Source: an uncultured Acidobacteriaceae bacterium (GTDB lineage Bacteria; Acidobacteriota; Terriglobia; Terriglobales; Acidobacteriaceae). From it: DNA of 64,000 nucleotides. A program made the translations under genes and the position numbers. The notes under the pieces were generated by a model, which did not search any database, was not told where the DNA came from, and saw only the letters and a list, made by a program, of their open reading frames with translations. Shown here one piece after another: positions 48,417 through 57,959 of the stretch (position 1 is the first letter of the stretch; each line of letters starts with the position of its first letter). The stretch covers positions 818,651 to 882,650 of the forward strand of contig CAWDPG010000004.1 of NCBI GenBank assembly GCA_963804155.1, written 5' to 3'.

Positions 48417-48461
48417 CTTTCACGGCGATAACACGGGTTCAAATCCCGTCGGGGACGCCAA
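48417..48461 (+). repeat. attR: displaced 3' half of tRNA-Glu (45-bp direct repeat)
   Basis: Identical to 27672-27716. No 5' half of a tRNA precedes it, so it is not a gene. Confidence 0.9.
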
Positions 48462-48637
48462 ACCGTAATCATCGTTCGGATCAGGTTTTAACAGGCTGAA
48501 GAACAAGGGAGTTGACGCGGTTCCAAATTTCTTCCCGTCAAAATTAATCCCATTCGGGAATATCGTCTTCTGTGATCGCTGACGCTGTTCGAGAGAATAC
48601 TCCACCCAAATACTCCCAAATCTCCTCGATCGTGTCC

Positions 48638-49846
48638 CTACTTGTCTTTCTGCGCCGGCGCGGGCGCTTGCGCCTGTCCGGAATGCGGATTCAGTTTGTT
48701 GACGAGAGCGGAATCGGCGGTCTCTGTAATGCTCTTCGCTTCATCAAACTCCGCCTGCGCTTTCTGCTGGTTGCCCATCGCCCGGTAGAGGCGCCCCAGC
48801 CGCCAGTGAACGTTCACGTCGTTGGGCCCGAGTTTCTCGGCGGTGGTCAGCTCCCGCAGGGCATCGTCCTGGCGTCCTGCATCGGCGTCGATCGCTCCCA
48901 GGTCAAGATGCGCCAACTCGATCCCCGGGTCGACCTGAAGGGCCTTCTCCAGCAGCGGCTGCGCGAGCTCGGGATGGGTCAACACAAGGTCGCAGTCGCC
49001 CAGATAGGTGAGGGCCTGGGCGTGGTTTGGATTCAAATCCAGCTCGGCCTGTAACTCCTGCGCCGCCGCGGCATACTGCTGCTTTTCCCATAGCAGATAG
49101 CCGAGCCCGAAGTGCACGTCCGGCTCGGCCGGAGCAGCCTTCTCCGCGGTTCGGAATTCCACGATCGCCTGGTCGGTGCGCCGCAAGCCGTCGAGCGCCT
49201 CCCCGGCAAGCATGTCCGCTTCGGCGGATTCGGCGTTCAACGCGAGAATCCGGTGGTATACGTCCATCACGTGGTTGAACTGCTCCGACCAGAGATAGCT
49301 GTGCGCCAGAGCCAGCAGCAGCGACAGGTTATTCGGGTCCCGGTCCGAGGCGCTCTTCAGATACGGCGCCGCCTTGTCGTATTCGGCCAGTCCGTAGTGC
49401 GCCATGCCGACCAAGATGGTCAGGCGCAGATTGTCCGGCGAGGATTCGGGCGTCTGTTTCAGCAGAGGCTCAAACTCTCGAATCGCGCTCTTCAGGTCGC
49501 CGCCTTTGAAAAGCGCAAGTCCCAGATTCAGATGCAGAGCTGGAATGCTAGGGCCGATCGCCAAAGCCTTCCGATAGTCGGCCGCGGCTTCCTTATAGTG
49601 CTCCTGCCGCGCTTCGAGGAGTCCAAGATGTGCGTAAGGCTCCGGATCGGAGGGATGCGTCTTCAGGATCGCGCGCCAAGCCTCCCCGGCCTCCGCATCC
49701 TTGCCCTGCCGCTCCAGCAGCAGCGCCTTCTCCCGCGGCCCATCCGGCGGGGCAGCCGTCTGCCCGTACATCGCCGCCGCAAACACAGAGATCATCCCGA
49801 GTCCAACGGCCCGCATCAAACGCACGCATCCCCCTCCTCTCTCCAT
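48638..49846 (-). CDS. secreted tetratricopeptide-repeat (TPR) protein
   Basis: 402 aa. Signal-like MRAVGLGMISVFAAAMYGQ. Repeated TPR-type helices, e.g. AHLGLLEARQEHYKEAAADYRKALAIGP and WRLGRLYRAMGNQQKAQAEFDEA. Confidence 0.8.
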   Translation of the reverse strand: MERGGGCVRLMRAVGLGMISVFAAAMYGQTAAPPDGPREKALLLERQGKDAEAGEAWRAILKTHPSDPEPYAHLGLLEARQEHYKEAAADYRKALAIGPSIPALHLNLGLALFKGGDLKSAIREFEPLLKQTPESSPDNLRLTILVGMAHYGLAEYDKAAPYLKSASDRDPNNLSLLLALAHSYLWSEQFNHVMDVYHRILALNAESAEADMLAGEALDGLRRTDQAIVEFRTAEKAAPAEPDVHFGLGYLLWEKQQYAAAAQELQAELDLNPNHAQALTYLGDCDLVLTHPELAQPLLEKALQVDPGIELAHLDLGAIDADAGRQDDALRELTTAEKLGPNDVNVHWRLGRLYRAMGNQQKAQAEFDEAKSITETADSALVNKLNPHSGQAQAPAPAQKDK

Positions 49847-49935
49847 TTTCTCCTCTCTGGCCGCCGTCTGGCCTTATGCCGCAAAGAAAAAGGCGCGGCA
49901 GGCAAAGCCCGCCGCGCCCTGGTTGAGGGTTGAGG

Positions 49936-52900
49936 TTAGAAGGTGAACTTGCCTGCCAGTTGCAGGTTACGAGGATCGTTGGTGCCGTTCAGCGCGCCAG
50001 TCGACGTGTTGACGGCGTTGAACTCGGTGTGGTTCAGCGTGTTGAACGACTCGAACTTAAGCTGGAAGCTCGCCCGCTCGTAGATCTGGAAGGTTTTGTA
50101 GAGAGACGTTGTGAGGTTGAAGCGGCCGGGCAATACCAGCGCGTCCTTGCCCCAGTTGCCGAAGCCCAGGTTAGTTCCGCCCGCCCAGACGGGGGTGACA
50201 TTGTTATCGATCCGGCTTACGTCGAACCATGCCGACACCGTCTTGGGGTACTTCAGCTTGCCGCCGGCGGTCATATTCGGATGGTTGACGTATTGGCCGC
50301 CGCCCAAGCCGACTGGATCGTAGCTAGCGTTCAAGTTGACCTGCTGAGGGATACCGGTCTCCTTGACAAGGGTTCCCGCAATCTGCCATCCGCCGGCGAT
50401 GGACTTAATGAGTCCCTGGCTCTTGTTGAAGATGGGCAGGTTGTAGACGTAGTTGGCGTTGAGGATCTGACGGCGATCGTATGTGCCCGAACCCTTGTCA
50501 TACTTTATGTACCAAGGGTTGTCGATTTCATCGCGATCCTGAGACTGGATGTCGATGATGTGCGAGTACGTGTAATCGACCTCGCCGCTCAGGCCCCAGC
50601 GGTTCTGGATGCGAACAGCGGTCTGGAGGCCGTTGTAGTTGCCGGTGGCGACGTTTTCATCCTGAGTGATCACCGCGTAGCCGGGGAATTGACGGTAGCC
50701 GTTCATGCTGCCGAGGTTGTTGAAAGCTGTCGCGGCGTCCGAACCATACACACCGCCGCTGTCACCAGATACCTGGCGGGCGTCAACGCAGGTCGCCGAA
50801 GCAGTTGTGCACGCGGCTGGCGAGGCGCCGGAGGCAATATTCACCAGGCCAATGTTGGTCGGCAAGCTGTTGAGCGCTTGGTTGACAATGTTCTGATGCC
50901 ATTGGATGTTGCCAACGTACTGGATAACCCAGATCACCGAGGGCTTCAACTCTTGCTGCACGCCGAGGCTGTACATGGCCACGGCAGGAGCTCTGAAGGT
51001 CTGGGCAACGCTATCGCCGCCGCCCGCAAAGATCAGAGAGGTCGGCGCGATCACATTGCCGGTGCTCCAGTTCTTCCCAGGCTGGCTGAAGTAGGGGTTG
51101 CTAATGCTGAGCGAAGGATCGAAGGGCGCGCTGGTGGCCACGCCGAAGATGTCGTTGCCCTGCATGCGCTCGAAGAAGGTTCCAAAGCCGCCGCGGAGAA
51201 CGGTCCTGCCGTTCCCGAAGAGATCTTCTGAGAACCCGATGCGAGGTTGAAGTGTCCGGTAGTCGTTGGTGACCACGCCCTTCGGGTAGCCGTCTACGCC
51301 GGCAAGGTTGGTGCCGTTGATGTAGGCGGGTATTCCGTTGAAGGTATACAGAGTCGGGCTGGCTGAGTTGATAGTGCCATCTGCGTTCCAGATCGGGGCC
51401 GAGCCCGCGCCTGTCTGGTAAGTGCTCTGATTGAAGTTGCCAAGGAGGTTCTGGCGCTCCCAGGTGTGCGGCAGGGCGTCGTAGCGGAGGCCCAACTGCA
51501 AGCTGAAACGGGGGGTAATGTGCCAGTTGTCCTGGGCATAGACCGAAGGAGTGTTGTTGGCGTAGTGGCGAATCGGCGCGGACTGAGTCTGGGTGTAGCT
51601 GCTGGGCAGGCCCAGAAGCACATCCATGAGGGTGTTGCCCGACAACTGGCCCCAACTGTAGTCGCCCTGCGCATCGCCGTAGAGCATCTGGTTCTTGGTG
51701 TAGCGGTTGTAGCTGAAGCCGAACTTGAACTGATGCTTGCCCGTGGTGTAGGAGACGTCCACCTTGGGAGAATAGTCCTGGGCCGCATTGTGATAGGGTT
51801 CGGTGGCTGTGTCTTCCGTTTTTCCGCCACCCAGGGTGTTGCCGAAGCCCATGCCCGGCCAGATCTTTCGGCCGATGGTATAAGCCGTTACAACCGGACG
51901 CATGGTGCCCGCGGTGGTGCCGAACCAGCCAGATGGCACGAAGGTGTTCGCGCTGGGCACGATGTCGGCTCCGTTGCCGTCATAGTTCATGCTGACTTCC
52001 AGCAGCAGGTTGGGCTTGATGGCGCCGGTCAACTTGGCGGTAGCGCTGTGTGCCGGCGAGGAGAGAATGCTGGTGAGGGTGTTGTAATTGCATCCGCACC
52101 AGCCCAGTTCCGGCTGGCCGTAGTTCTGATTCTGATGGTCGCCGATGTAGTGAACCAGGAGCGCCCACTTGTCGTTGAAGCGGTAATCGCCGCGGACCAC
52201 GGTGTCTTCCACCTTTTGCGGGAGCGGTACGCTGGCCACGTTATAGTCCGTGCTTCCAACGTTCGGCAAGGGAAGAACGCCCGAGGCGAGGTAAGTAACC
52301 CCGTTGGAGTCGAACAGTCCATGAGGAATTTTCTGTCCGGCTGGGCACAACATTTTGCCAGAAACCGAATCCAAGGCCTTGACTCCCTGGAAGCAACCGT
52401 TGGGTGTCAGAGTCCCAAGGCCGTTGACCGCGTAATCTGTCGTGGGACCAACATTGGGCACCTGCAACCATGTAAAGCCTGCACCGTGTGCTGCAGCATA
52501 CGTTGGATCGACGTATGTGAGATCCGTGCCTGAAACCGGAACATCCGCTTTGGGGATCGTGGCGTTGTTGCTGGTAGCCACGGCGGACGTTTTGCGCCAC
52601 TCCTGGTTGAAGAAGAAGAAGGCCTTGTTCTTGTTGGAGTTGTAGACCTTCGGAATGTAGATCGGGCCGCCGACGTTGAAGCCGTAGATGTTGTAATGCG
52701 TTGCCGGCCGGGCATTGGTGGCGCCGTTGTACTTGTTGAAGAAGGAGTTGGCGTTGTAGGCGGTGGCGCGATTTTCTTCCCATGCCGCGCCATGGAAGTC
52801 CCTCGTGCCGCTCTTCAGCGACATGCTGATGGTGGCGCCGGAGGAGATGCCGTAGTCGGGTGGATAGTTCGAGGTCATCATCTGGAACTCGGCGATGGCG

Positions 52901-53604
52901 TCCTGTGAAGGCTGAATCTGCGTGCCGCCGCCGCCGCCGCGGTCAGCCGACTCGCCGCCGTCGATCAGCCAGATATTGTGGGCCTCGCGCAGGCCGTTGA
53001 ATTCGAGGCTAAAGTCGGCGCCAAACGCTCCGAGGGAGTTGTTGTCCGGCAGCTTAGAGCTGACGCCCAGGCCAAGAGCCGCCAGATTCACTACGTTGCG
53101 GTTCTCGGTGGCGAGAGAGGTGATATCTTCCGAGGTGATCAGGGTGCTGATCACGTTGGAGTCTGTCTGAACGGTCAGGGCGTCGGCTTCCACCGTGACC
53201 GTGGTCGACGCGGCGCCGACGGCCAGCTTGACGTCAACGCGGAACGTTCCCGAGACGTTGACCACGATGCCGTTTTGCGTATACGTTTTGAAGCCCTTGG
53301 CCGTGACCTTCAGGTTGTAATTGCCGGGGTTCAACCCGGCAAAGTCGTACAAGCCGGTGGACCCGCTGGTGGTCGCGCGCGTGTACGCGGTGGCCGGATC
53401 GGTGAGCACGACGCTCGCCTCCGGAACCACCGCCCCAGTTGTGTCGGTAACGATGCCCGTCACCTCTGAGTTGGCTTGCGCAAGAGCACCCACGCGGGCC
53501 AACGTCAAGAATAGTAAGAGTGTGCAAGCTGCGAGAAACCAGCGCCAAACCGCATGTTCGGCGCGTGCTTTCCGCGGTTCGTTATGCGGACTCCGATGCG
53601 TCAT
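49936..53604 (-). CDS. TonB-dependent-receptor-like outer-membrane protein with carboxypeptidase-regulatory-like domain
   Basis: ATG 53604 lies 6 nt after AGGAGG. Signal peptide ..ARVGALAQA. CarboxypepD_reg-type segment: GIVTDTTGAVVPEASVVLTDPATAYTRATTSGSTGLYDFAGLNPGNYNLKVTAKGF. The C-terminal beta-signal is ..QLAGKFTF. Confidence 0.85.
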   Translation of the reverse strand: MTHRSPHNEPRKARAEHAVWRWFLAACTLLLFLTLARVGALAQANSEVTGIVTDTTGAVVPEASVVLTDPATAYTRATTSGSTGLYDFAGLNPGNYNLKVTAKGFKTYTQNGIVVNVSGTFRVDVKLAVGAASTTVTVEADALTVQTDSNVISTLITSEDITSLATENRNVVNLAALGLGVSSKLPDNNSLGAFGADFSLEFNGLREAHNIWLIDGGESADRGGGGGTQIQPSQDAIAEFQMMTSNYPPDYGISSGATISMSLKSGTRDFHGAAWEENRATAYNANSFFNKYNGATNARPATHYNIYGFNVGGPIYIPKVYNSNKNKAFFFFNQEWRKTSAVATSNNATIPKADVPVSGTDLTYVDPTYAAAHGAGFTWLQVPNVGPTTDYAVNGLGTLTPNGCFQGVKALDSVSGKMLCPAGQKIPHGLFDSNGVTYLASGVLPLPNVGSTDYNVASVPLPQKVEDTVVRGDYRFNDKWALLVHYIGDHQNQNYGQPELGWCGCNYNTLTSILSSPAHSATAKLTGAIKPNLLLEVSMNYDGNGADIVPSANTFVPSGWFGTTAGTMRPVVTAYTIGRKIWPGMGFGNTLGGGKTEDTATEPYHNAAQDYSPKVDVSYTTGKHQFKFGFSYNRYTKNQMLYGDAQGDYSWGQLSGNTLMDVLLGLPSSYTQTQSAPIRHYANNTPSVYAQDNWHITPRFSLQLGLRYDALPHTWERQNLLGNFNQSTYQTGAGSAPIWNADGTINSASPTLYTFNGIPAYINGTNLAGVDGYPKGVVTNDYRTLQPRIGFSEDLFGNGRTVLRGGFGTFFERMQGNDIFGVATSAPFDPSLSISNPYFSQPGKNWSTGNVIAPTSLIFAGGGDSVAQTFRAPAVAMYSLGVQQELKPSVIWVIQYVGNIQWHQNIVNQALNSLPTNIGLVNIASGASPAACTTASATCVDARQVSGDSGGVYGSDAATAFNNLGSMNGYRQFPGYAVITQDENVATGNYNGLQTAVRIQNRWGLSGEVDYTYSHIIDIQSQDRDEIDNPWYIKYDKGSGTYDRRQILNANYVYNLPIFNKSQGLIKSIAGGWQIAGTLVKETGIPQQVNLNASYDPVGLGGGQYVNHPNMTAGGKLKYPKTVSAWFDVSRIDNNVTPVWAGGTNLGFGNWGKDALVLPGRFNLTTSLYKTFQIYERASFQLKFESFNTLNHTEFNAVNTSTGALNGTNDPRNLQLAGKFTF

Positions 53605-54278
53605 AGACTTCCTCCTCATGGTTGCAAGTGGGTTTGGGGATAGATTCCGGGAGGCCAACACTCTTCTTCGAACAAAATCCGAAGCTGTTTTTCCCGTCTC
53701 GATGGCCCAAGACCCTAGGTTTCGGTTAGCGACGGCTAAAACATTTCAGGGATACACCCTGCAATGATCTTGCCGCCGCGAAACAACTGCATTCCGAGTT
53801 CAGTTCGGCGCGCAACCCGTCCCCAGTTCCATTGGGGCAGGTCAAACGGTTTAGCAGAGCGGTCCCGCCAGCCCAGCGCCGACTGTGGGCAACAAGCTAG
53901 AGTCAGACTCGCACGGTTGTCAAGGATTTTCTTTGCCGTGATTAAACGTTTAAGTTGGGCAAAAGGGAAGAATCCGCCCGGATCGTTACAGATAACGTTT
54001 TCATCCTTTAGTTTGAGTGGGGTTTCCATATTCCGGTGGTCGGCCGAATGGTGGCTCGTGACCGTTCTGAGCCCGTGGAAATGTGATCTATCTCACACTC
54101 CGGGATCGGCACCCGTCGGCATGTCACCGCCGATCCGCGCCGGAGAGGGCAACCGAACTGAAGCCGCTTCTCCTGAAGCGGCCCCCGGCAACCCGTATTG
54201 CGGCTCGAACCAAGGAGGGCCGCAGCACCCGGCGTCGGCCTGAGCGGCCGGGCCAAAGATCGCTGAGAAATTGCCCGT

Positions 54279-56318
54279 CTAGCGTGCAGCCGGCGCAACA
54301 GCGGGGCTGTTCGACGCAGGAGAATTGTCCGGATCGGCGCAGGGCGCGCCGCCGCACAATGCACCGGTGATGCCTCGGCCTTCAACGACCGTGTAGATGC
54401 GGTCAGCCGCCGGAAGCTTCAAAGTCTCTTTCTTGCCTGACGGCCAGTGAATCTCCGCCGTCCCGGCATCGCTCGCGTCGCCCAGCCCGAAGTGCACGCG
54501 CAGGTCGTTCGACGATAGATAGCTGCCGCCGCTCAGCACGTCTCCCCGCGGGCGCATCCCGTTCGCCGTCAGATACACCGTCGCCCCGACTGCATCGCGT
54601 GGGCTCTTGGGACCGCCGACAAGCTTCAGTTCCACCCAGTGATGATGATCCGGATTCACGTTGCGCAGCAGGATGGGCACCCCGTCCATGCTGTTGATCA
54701 CCACGTCGATCTTGCCGTCGTTGAAGATATCGCCGAATGCCGCGCCGCGGCCGACCGAGACCACGGCCAGGCCTGTTCCCTCCACCGCCGGCACCAACTC
54801 GAACTTTCCATTGCCCAGGTTGTGGTAGAGCAGCGTCCGCTGCGCATAGCTCTGCCCCCACTCCGGGTGCTGATCCACCTGCGGATAGACATGGCCATTG
54901 ATAATCAGCAGATCCTTCCACCCGTCGTTGTCGTAGTCGAGGAATCCGTCGGCAAAACTCACAAACGGGATCGACGACTCCGCGATCCCCGCCTGGTAGC
55001 TCACATCCGTAAAGAACCCTGTCCCGTCGTTCTGGAACAAGACGTTGTAGTCGTCGGAAAAATCGGTGTTCACAATCGACAGGTGGCCGTTGTTCTCGTA
55101 GTCGCCGGCGGCGATACCCATGTTCGAAATCTCGCGCCCAAATTTGTTCAGTGCGTATCCGCTCTCGAAGCTCTGGTCGTCGAACGTCCCGTCGCCTTTG
55201 TTGATGTACAGGTAATTCGGCGTCGAGTCGTTGGCCACCAGCAGGTCCGGCTTGCCGTCGTTGTTCACGTCGGCAAACAGGGCGCCGAGGCCGTAATAGC
55301 CATTGGGGTCGTCCACGCCCAGCTTCTTGCTGACGTCGGTAAACGTCCCGTCGCCGTTGTTGTGAAACAGGTGGTCGTGCTCGCCCTTCAACCCGCGCGG
55401 CCCGCACATGACTTGCACGCCGCGGTACTGGCAGAACGCGTAGTTCACGGCCTTCGACCCCGAGATCGGCGGATCGTTCAGATCGATCTGCGCGTAGCCG
55501 TCCACGAAGAGGTCCAGACGGCCGTCCCCGTCGTAGTCGCCGAAGGTGGCGCCTGTCGACCATGTTCCGATGGCCACGCCCGCCTGCTCGGCCACATCGG
55601 TAAAGGTGCCGTCATGATTGTTGCGGTAGAGGCGATTCTTGCCGAAGTTCGTCACGTAGAGGTCGGGCCAGCCGTCGTTGTCGTAGTCGCCCACCGCGCA
55701 GCCGTAGCCCCAGCGGTCGTTGGTCACGCCGGCCTTCGCGGTCACGTCGGTAAACGTCCCGTCATGGTTGTTGTGGAACAGCGCCGCGTGCGGCGGCTCG
55801 GCCTTGCCCGCCAGCGCGTCGTAGGTCGAGCCGTTCACCAGGTAGATATCGAGCCAGCCGTCGTTGTCGTAGTCGATCAGGCACACGCCCGGTCCCTTGG
55901 CCTCAAGGATCAGCCGCTTCTCCGGCGTGCCCGCTTGGTGATGCCACTTGGTCAGCCCGGCGGCGGACGCTACGTCCTGGAAGACGATCGGGCCGCTTTT
56001 AACGAAACCTCCGGCGGTGATCGGCCGGTGCTGGCTGTCGAAGACAGCCTCGTGCTGTCCGCCATTGGCCATCCCGCCCTGCGATTGCGGCATCGCGGCG
56101 GGCGGCTGGGCGGCGGCGGGCGTTGGCGTGCCACTCTTAGCGTCCGGCGCGCTCTGGGCGGACACCCGAGCGGCGCCGGCGAGAGCGAGGATGCAGGCCA
56201 AGACCAGCATTCCATTCAGCTTGTGCGGCCAGGCTCGGCCAACGATTGCCTTCTTCACGGTGTGCAACAGACGCCTCTCAGTCAATGCCGAACTCACTGC
56301 CGATGCTCCTCGAGTCAT
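54279..56318 (-). CDS. CRTAC1-family protein (FG-GAP/VCBS repeats plus ASPIC/UnbV-like C-terminal domain)
   Basis: 679 aa. Repeated Ca-binding FG-GAP loops: DYDNDGWLDIYLVN, GDYDNDGWPDLYVTN, GDYDGDGRLDLFVD, DVNNDGKPDLLVAN, DYDNDGWKDLLIIN, DIFNDGKIDVVINS. The start is uncertain (an MLVLACILALAGAARVSAQ signal lies internally). Confidence 0.85.
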   Translation of the reverse strand: MTRGASAVSSALTERRLLHTVKKAIVGRAWPHKLNGMLVLACILALAGAARVSAQSAPDAKSGTPTPAAAQPPAAMPQSQGGMANGGQHEAVFDSQHRPITAGGFVKSGPIVFQDVASAAGLTKWHHQAGTPEKRLILEAKGPGVCLIDYDNDGWLDIYLVNGSTYDALAGKAEPPHAALFHNNHDGTFTDVTAKAGVTNDRWGYGCAVGDYDNDGWPDLYVTNFGKNRLYRNNHDGTFTDVAEQAGVAIGTWSTGATFGDYDGDGRLDLFVDGYAQIDLNDPPISGSKAVNYAFCQYRGVQVMCGPRGLKGEHDHLFHNNGDGTFTDVSKKLGVDDPNGYYGLGALFADVNNDGKPDLLVANDSTPNYLYINKGDGTFDDQSFESGYALNKFGREISNMGIAAGDYENNGHLSIVNTDFSDDYNVLFQNDGTGFFTDVSYQAGIAESSIPFVSFADGFLDYDNDGWKDLLIINGHVYPQVDQHPEWGQSYAQRTLLYHNLGNGKFELVPAVEGTGLAVVSVGRGAAFGDIFNDGKIDVVINSMDGVPILLRNVNPDHHHWVELKLVGGPKSPRDAVGATVYLTANGMRPRGDVLSGGSYLSSNDLRVHFGLGDASDAGTAEIHWPSGKKETLKLPAADRIYTVVEGRGITGALCGGAPCADPDNSPASNSPAVAPAAR

Positions 56319-56472
56319 GCGCGATTCGATGAAAGGATATCGTATCGGCGGGTCGCGGCGGCGTGACGGCGGGCGTCACCGGGACGAAGTCTGGAGGGGG
56401 AACCGTCGGGAAAAGATGCCGCAGCTGGGAACGGGCAAACGCCCGGCGGCAAGCTCTATGGAATCAACGGGA

Positions 56473-56649
56473 ATGTTCGCTTAAGAGGTGCGGACAGGGG
56501 CCCAGATGTTCGCTCAAATGGTTCGCTTTGGCCCCCAAATGTTCGCTTGAGAGGTTGGGGTTCTTCGAGACATGTACCAAGAAAAGTGCTGAATTCAGGG
56601 TAAACATAACCAGAAAAAGGTTGCGAATCAGAGCAAAGGTTCGCTGAGA
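56473..56649 (+). promoter_or_regulatory. cluster of five GTTCGCT direct-repeat motifs in a divergent intergenic region
   Basis: ATGTTCGCTTAAGAGGTG (56473-56490) and ATGTTCGCTTGAGAGGTT (56539-56556) form an 18-bp repeat, 16/18 identical and 66 bp apart. Further copies are ATGTTCGCT at 56506, GTTCGCT at 56521 and GTTCGCTGAGA at 56639. Confidence 0.5.
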
Positions 56650-56764
56650 ATTTCCCGGAGGAACAATTTGACGTACCCTGCTCGAGATCCGCGGCAGGGA
56701 ACCCGCCTTTCGGGGTTATGCTGTCTGCGCAGGCCACGCGGGCTTCAGATCGGAGAGTCCAGCC

Positions 56765-57508
56765 ATGCCACCGATCAGCGAAACACGCCCCTCTGCAGAG
56801 ATCCATCCTCCAGCCGGTCAGCCCACACCGCACCTGGCGGCGCAGGTAATGCTCCGCTTTCTGGCGATGACTCTGCTTTGGATCGTCATCCTCTTTCTCC
56901 CCGCGGAGACGCTGCACTTCTGGCAGGGATGGGCCTTTCTGGCGGCATTGGTCACCCCTGCCCTGGCCGCGTTCTTCTACTTTCTCAAGACAAACCCGGA
57001 GATCGTGGAGCGGCGGCTGCGCGCGAAGGAACGGGTGCGCGAGCAAAAACGCATCATAGGCTTCGGGGCCTTGTTGTTTGCGGGGCTCTTCACACTGCCG
57101 GGGTTCGACCACCGGTTCGCCTGGTCGCGCGGTTGGCTGGGCGCGGAACCGCTGGCCCTCGAAGTGTTCTCGCTGGCCATGGTGTCCGCGACCATACTTG
57201 GCGTGGGATGGGTCATCCGGACCAACCGCTTCGCGGGGCGGACGATTCGTGTTGAAGAGGGCCAGACGGTGATCACGAGCGGGCTGTACCGGTTCGTGCG
57301 GCATCCCTTTTACGCGGTCAGCCTTCTGCTGTGGGTGTTCGCGCCGCTGGCGCTGGGGTCGTACGGAACGCTGCCGGCCTTCGCGCTGCTGCTGCCGATT
57401 TATGTTCTGCGCATCCTGAACGAGGAGAAGGTTCTGCGCGCGGAGCTGCCCGGCTACACCGAATACTGCCAGAAGACGCGCTGGCGCATCGTGCCGCTGG
57501 TCTGGTGA
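56765..57508 (+). CDS. isoprenylcysteine carboxyl methyltransferase (ICMT)/phospholipid methyltransferase family membrane protein
   Basis: 247 aa and multi-TM. Conserved C-terminal block: VITSGLYRFVRHPFYAVSLLLW...RILNEEKVLRAELPGYTEYCQKTRWRIVP. Confidence 0.85.
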   Translation: MPPISETRPSAEIHPPAGQPTPHLAAQVMLRFLAMTLLWIVILFLPAETLHFWQGWAFLAALVTPALAAFFYFLKTNPEIVERRLRAKERVREQKRIIGFGALLFAGLFTLPGFDHRFAWSRGWLGAEPLALEVFSLAMVSATILGVGWVIRTNRFAGRTIRVEEGQTVITSGLYRFVRHPFYAVSLLLWVFAPLALGSYGTLPAFALLLPIYVLRILNEEKVLRAELPGYTEYCQKTRWRIVPLVW

Positions 57509-57529
57509 GGGGATAAACGGGGCGCTGGG

Positions 57530-57808
57530 TCATTTGCCGAGCACCTTCTTCGCAGCGGCTCCGGCTTCGGCGTCCTCAAGGACCGGGTAGATTTCCAACT
57601 GCAGAACGTCGGACCATTCGACCGCGTGCTCGGCAAGAGCCTCCGGGCCAGTCGCTTCAATCAGGTGCCAGCCGAGCGTTGATCCTGGAACGTGCCAGCG
57701 GCCTAAAGTCTTGCCTCCGGCCGGCGCCGGGGCGCCCGTCCGCAGAAATTGGTCAACGGCAGTTTTGTACTTGCCGGGGACAGTCTTCCACACCACCATG
57801 AATTTCAT
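57530..57808 (-). CDS. DUF3303-family small protein
   Basis: 92 aa. MKFMVVWKTVPGKYKTAVDQFLRTGAPAPAGGKTLGRWHVPGS..EIYPVLEDAEA matches my recollection of the DUF3303 pattern. Confidence 0.7.
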   Translation of the reverse strand: MKFMVVWKTVPGKYKTAVDQFLRTGAPAPAGGKTLGRWHVPGSTLGWHLIEATGPEALAEHAVEWSDVLQLEIYPVLEDAEAGAAAKKVLGK

Positions 57809-57959
57809 GATTCTTCCTCCTTGGGGAATGTTTGTTTGTTGAGATTGGCTGACCCTTGAGGCTCTGCCTGGGCCAAGCGACCGGGGTTCAGGCTATACCG
57901 CAGGAACGGGGAAGAGGAAGGTTTTTCTTGGGTGCGGGGAAAGGAGTGATGCGACGCGC

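Larger units (their letters stand above)
27672..48461. mobile_element. ~20.8-kb integrative mobilizable element (genomic island) inserted in tRNA-Glu
   Basis: Perfect 45-bp direct repeats lie at both ends. The integrase gene starts 1 nt after the tRNA. An excisionase and a MobF relaxase are present, and no T4SS or T4CP genes. G+C is visibly lower than in the flanks (sampled lines about 47-57% versus about 63%). Confidence 0.85.

Noticed and set aside
48245-48605. ORFs 48245..48472 and 48420..48605, reading ..WRPRRDLNPCYRRE.. and ..SPTGFEPVLSP.
   Set aside because: These are translations through the displaced tRNA-Glu 3' half (attR), a classic tRNA read-through artefact. The partial tRNA itself lacks a 5' half and is not a gene.
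53605-54278. Riboswitch (for example cobalamin) or small gene upstream of the TBDR-like gene. ORFs 53736..54029 and 53764..54243 were also considered.
   Set aside because: I could not find a B12-box-like or other riboswitch core on the minus strand. The ORFs have implausible composition. This TBDR type is not BtuB-like.
56363-56647. 94-aa ORF with repeated xCSL(K/E)(R/W) peptide motifs.
   Set aside because: The peptide repeats are just the translation of the GTTCGCT DNA repeats. The ORF has an R-rich head and no RBS, so I interpret it as a regulatory repeat array, not a gene.
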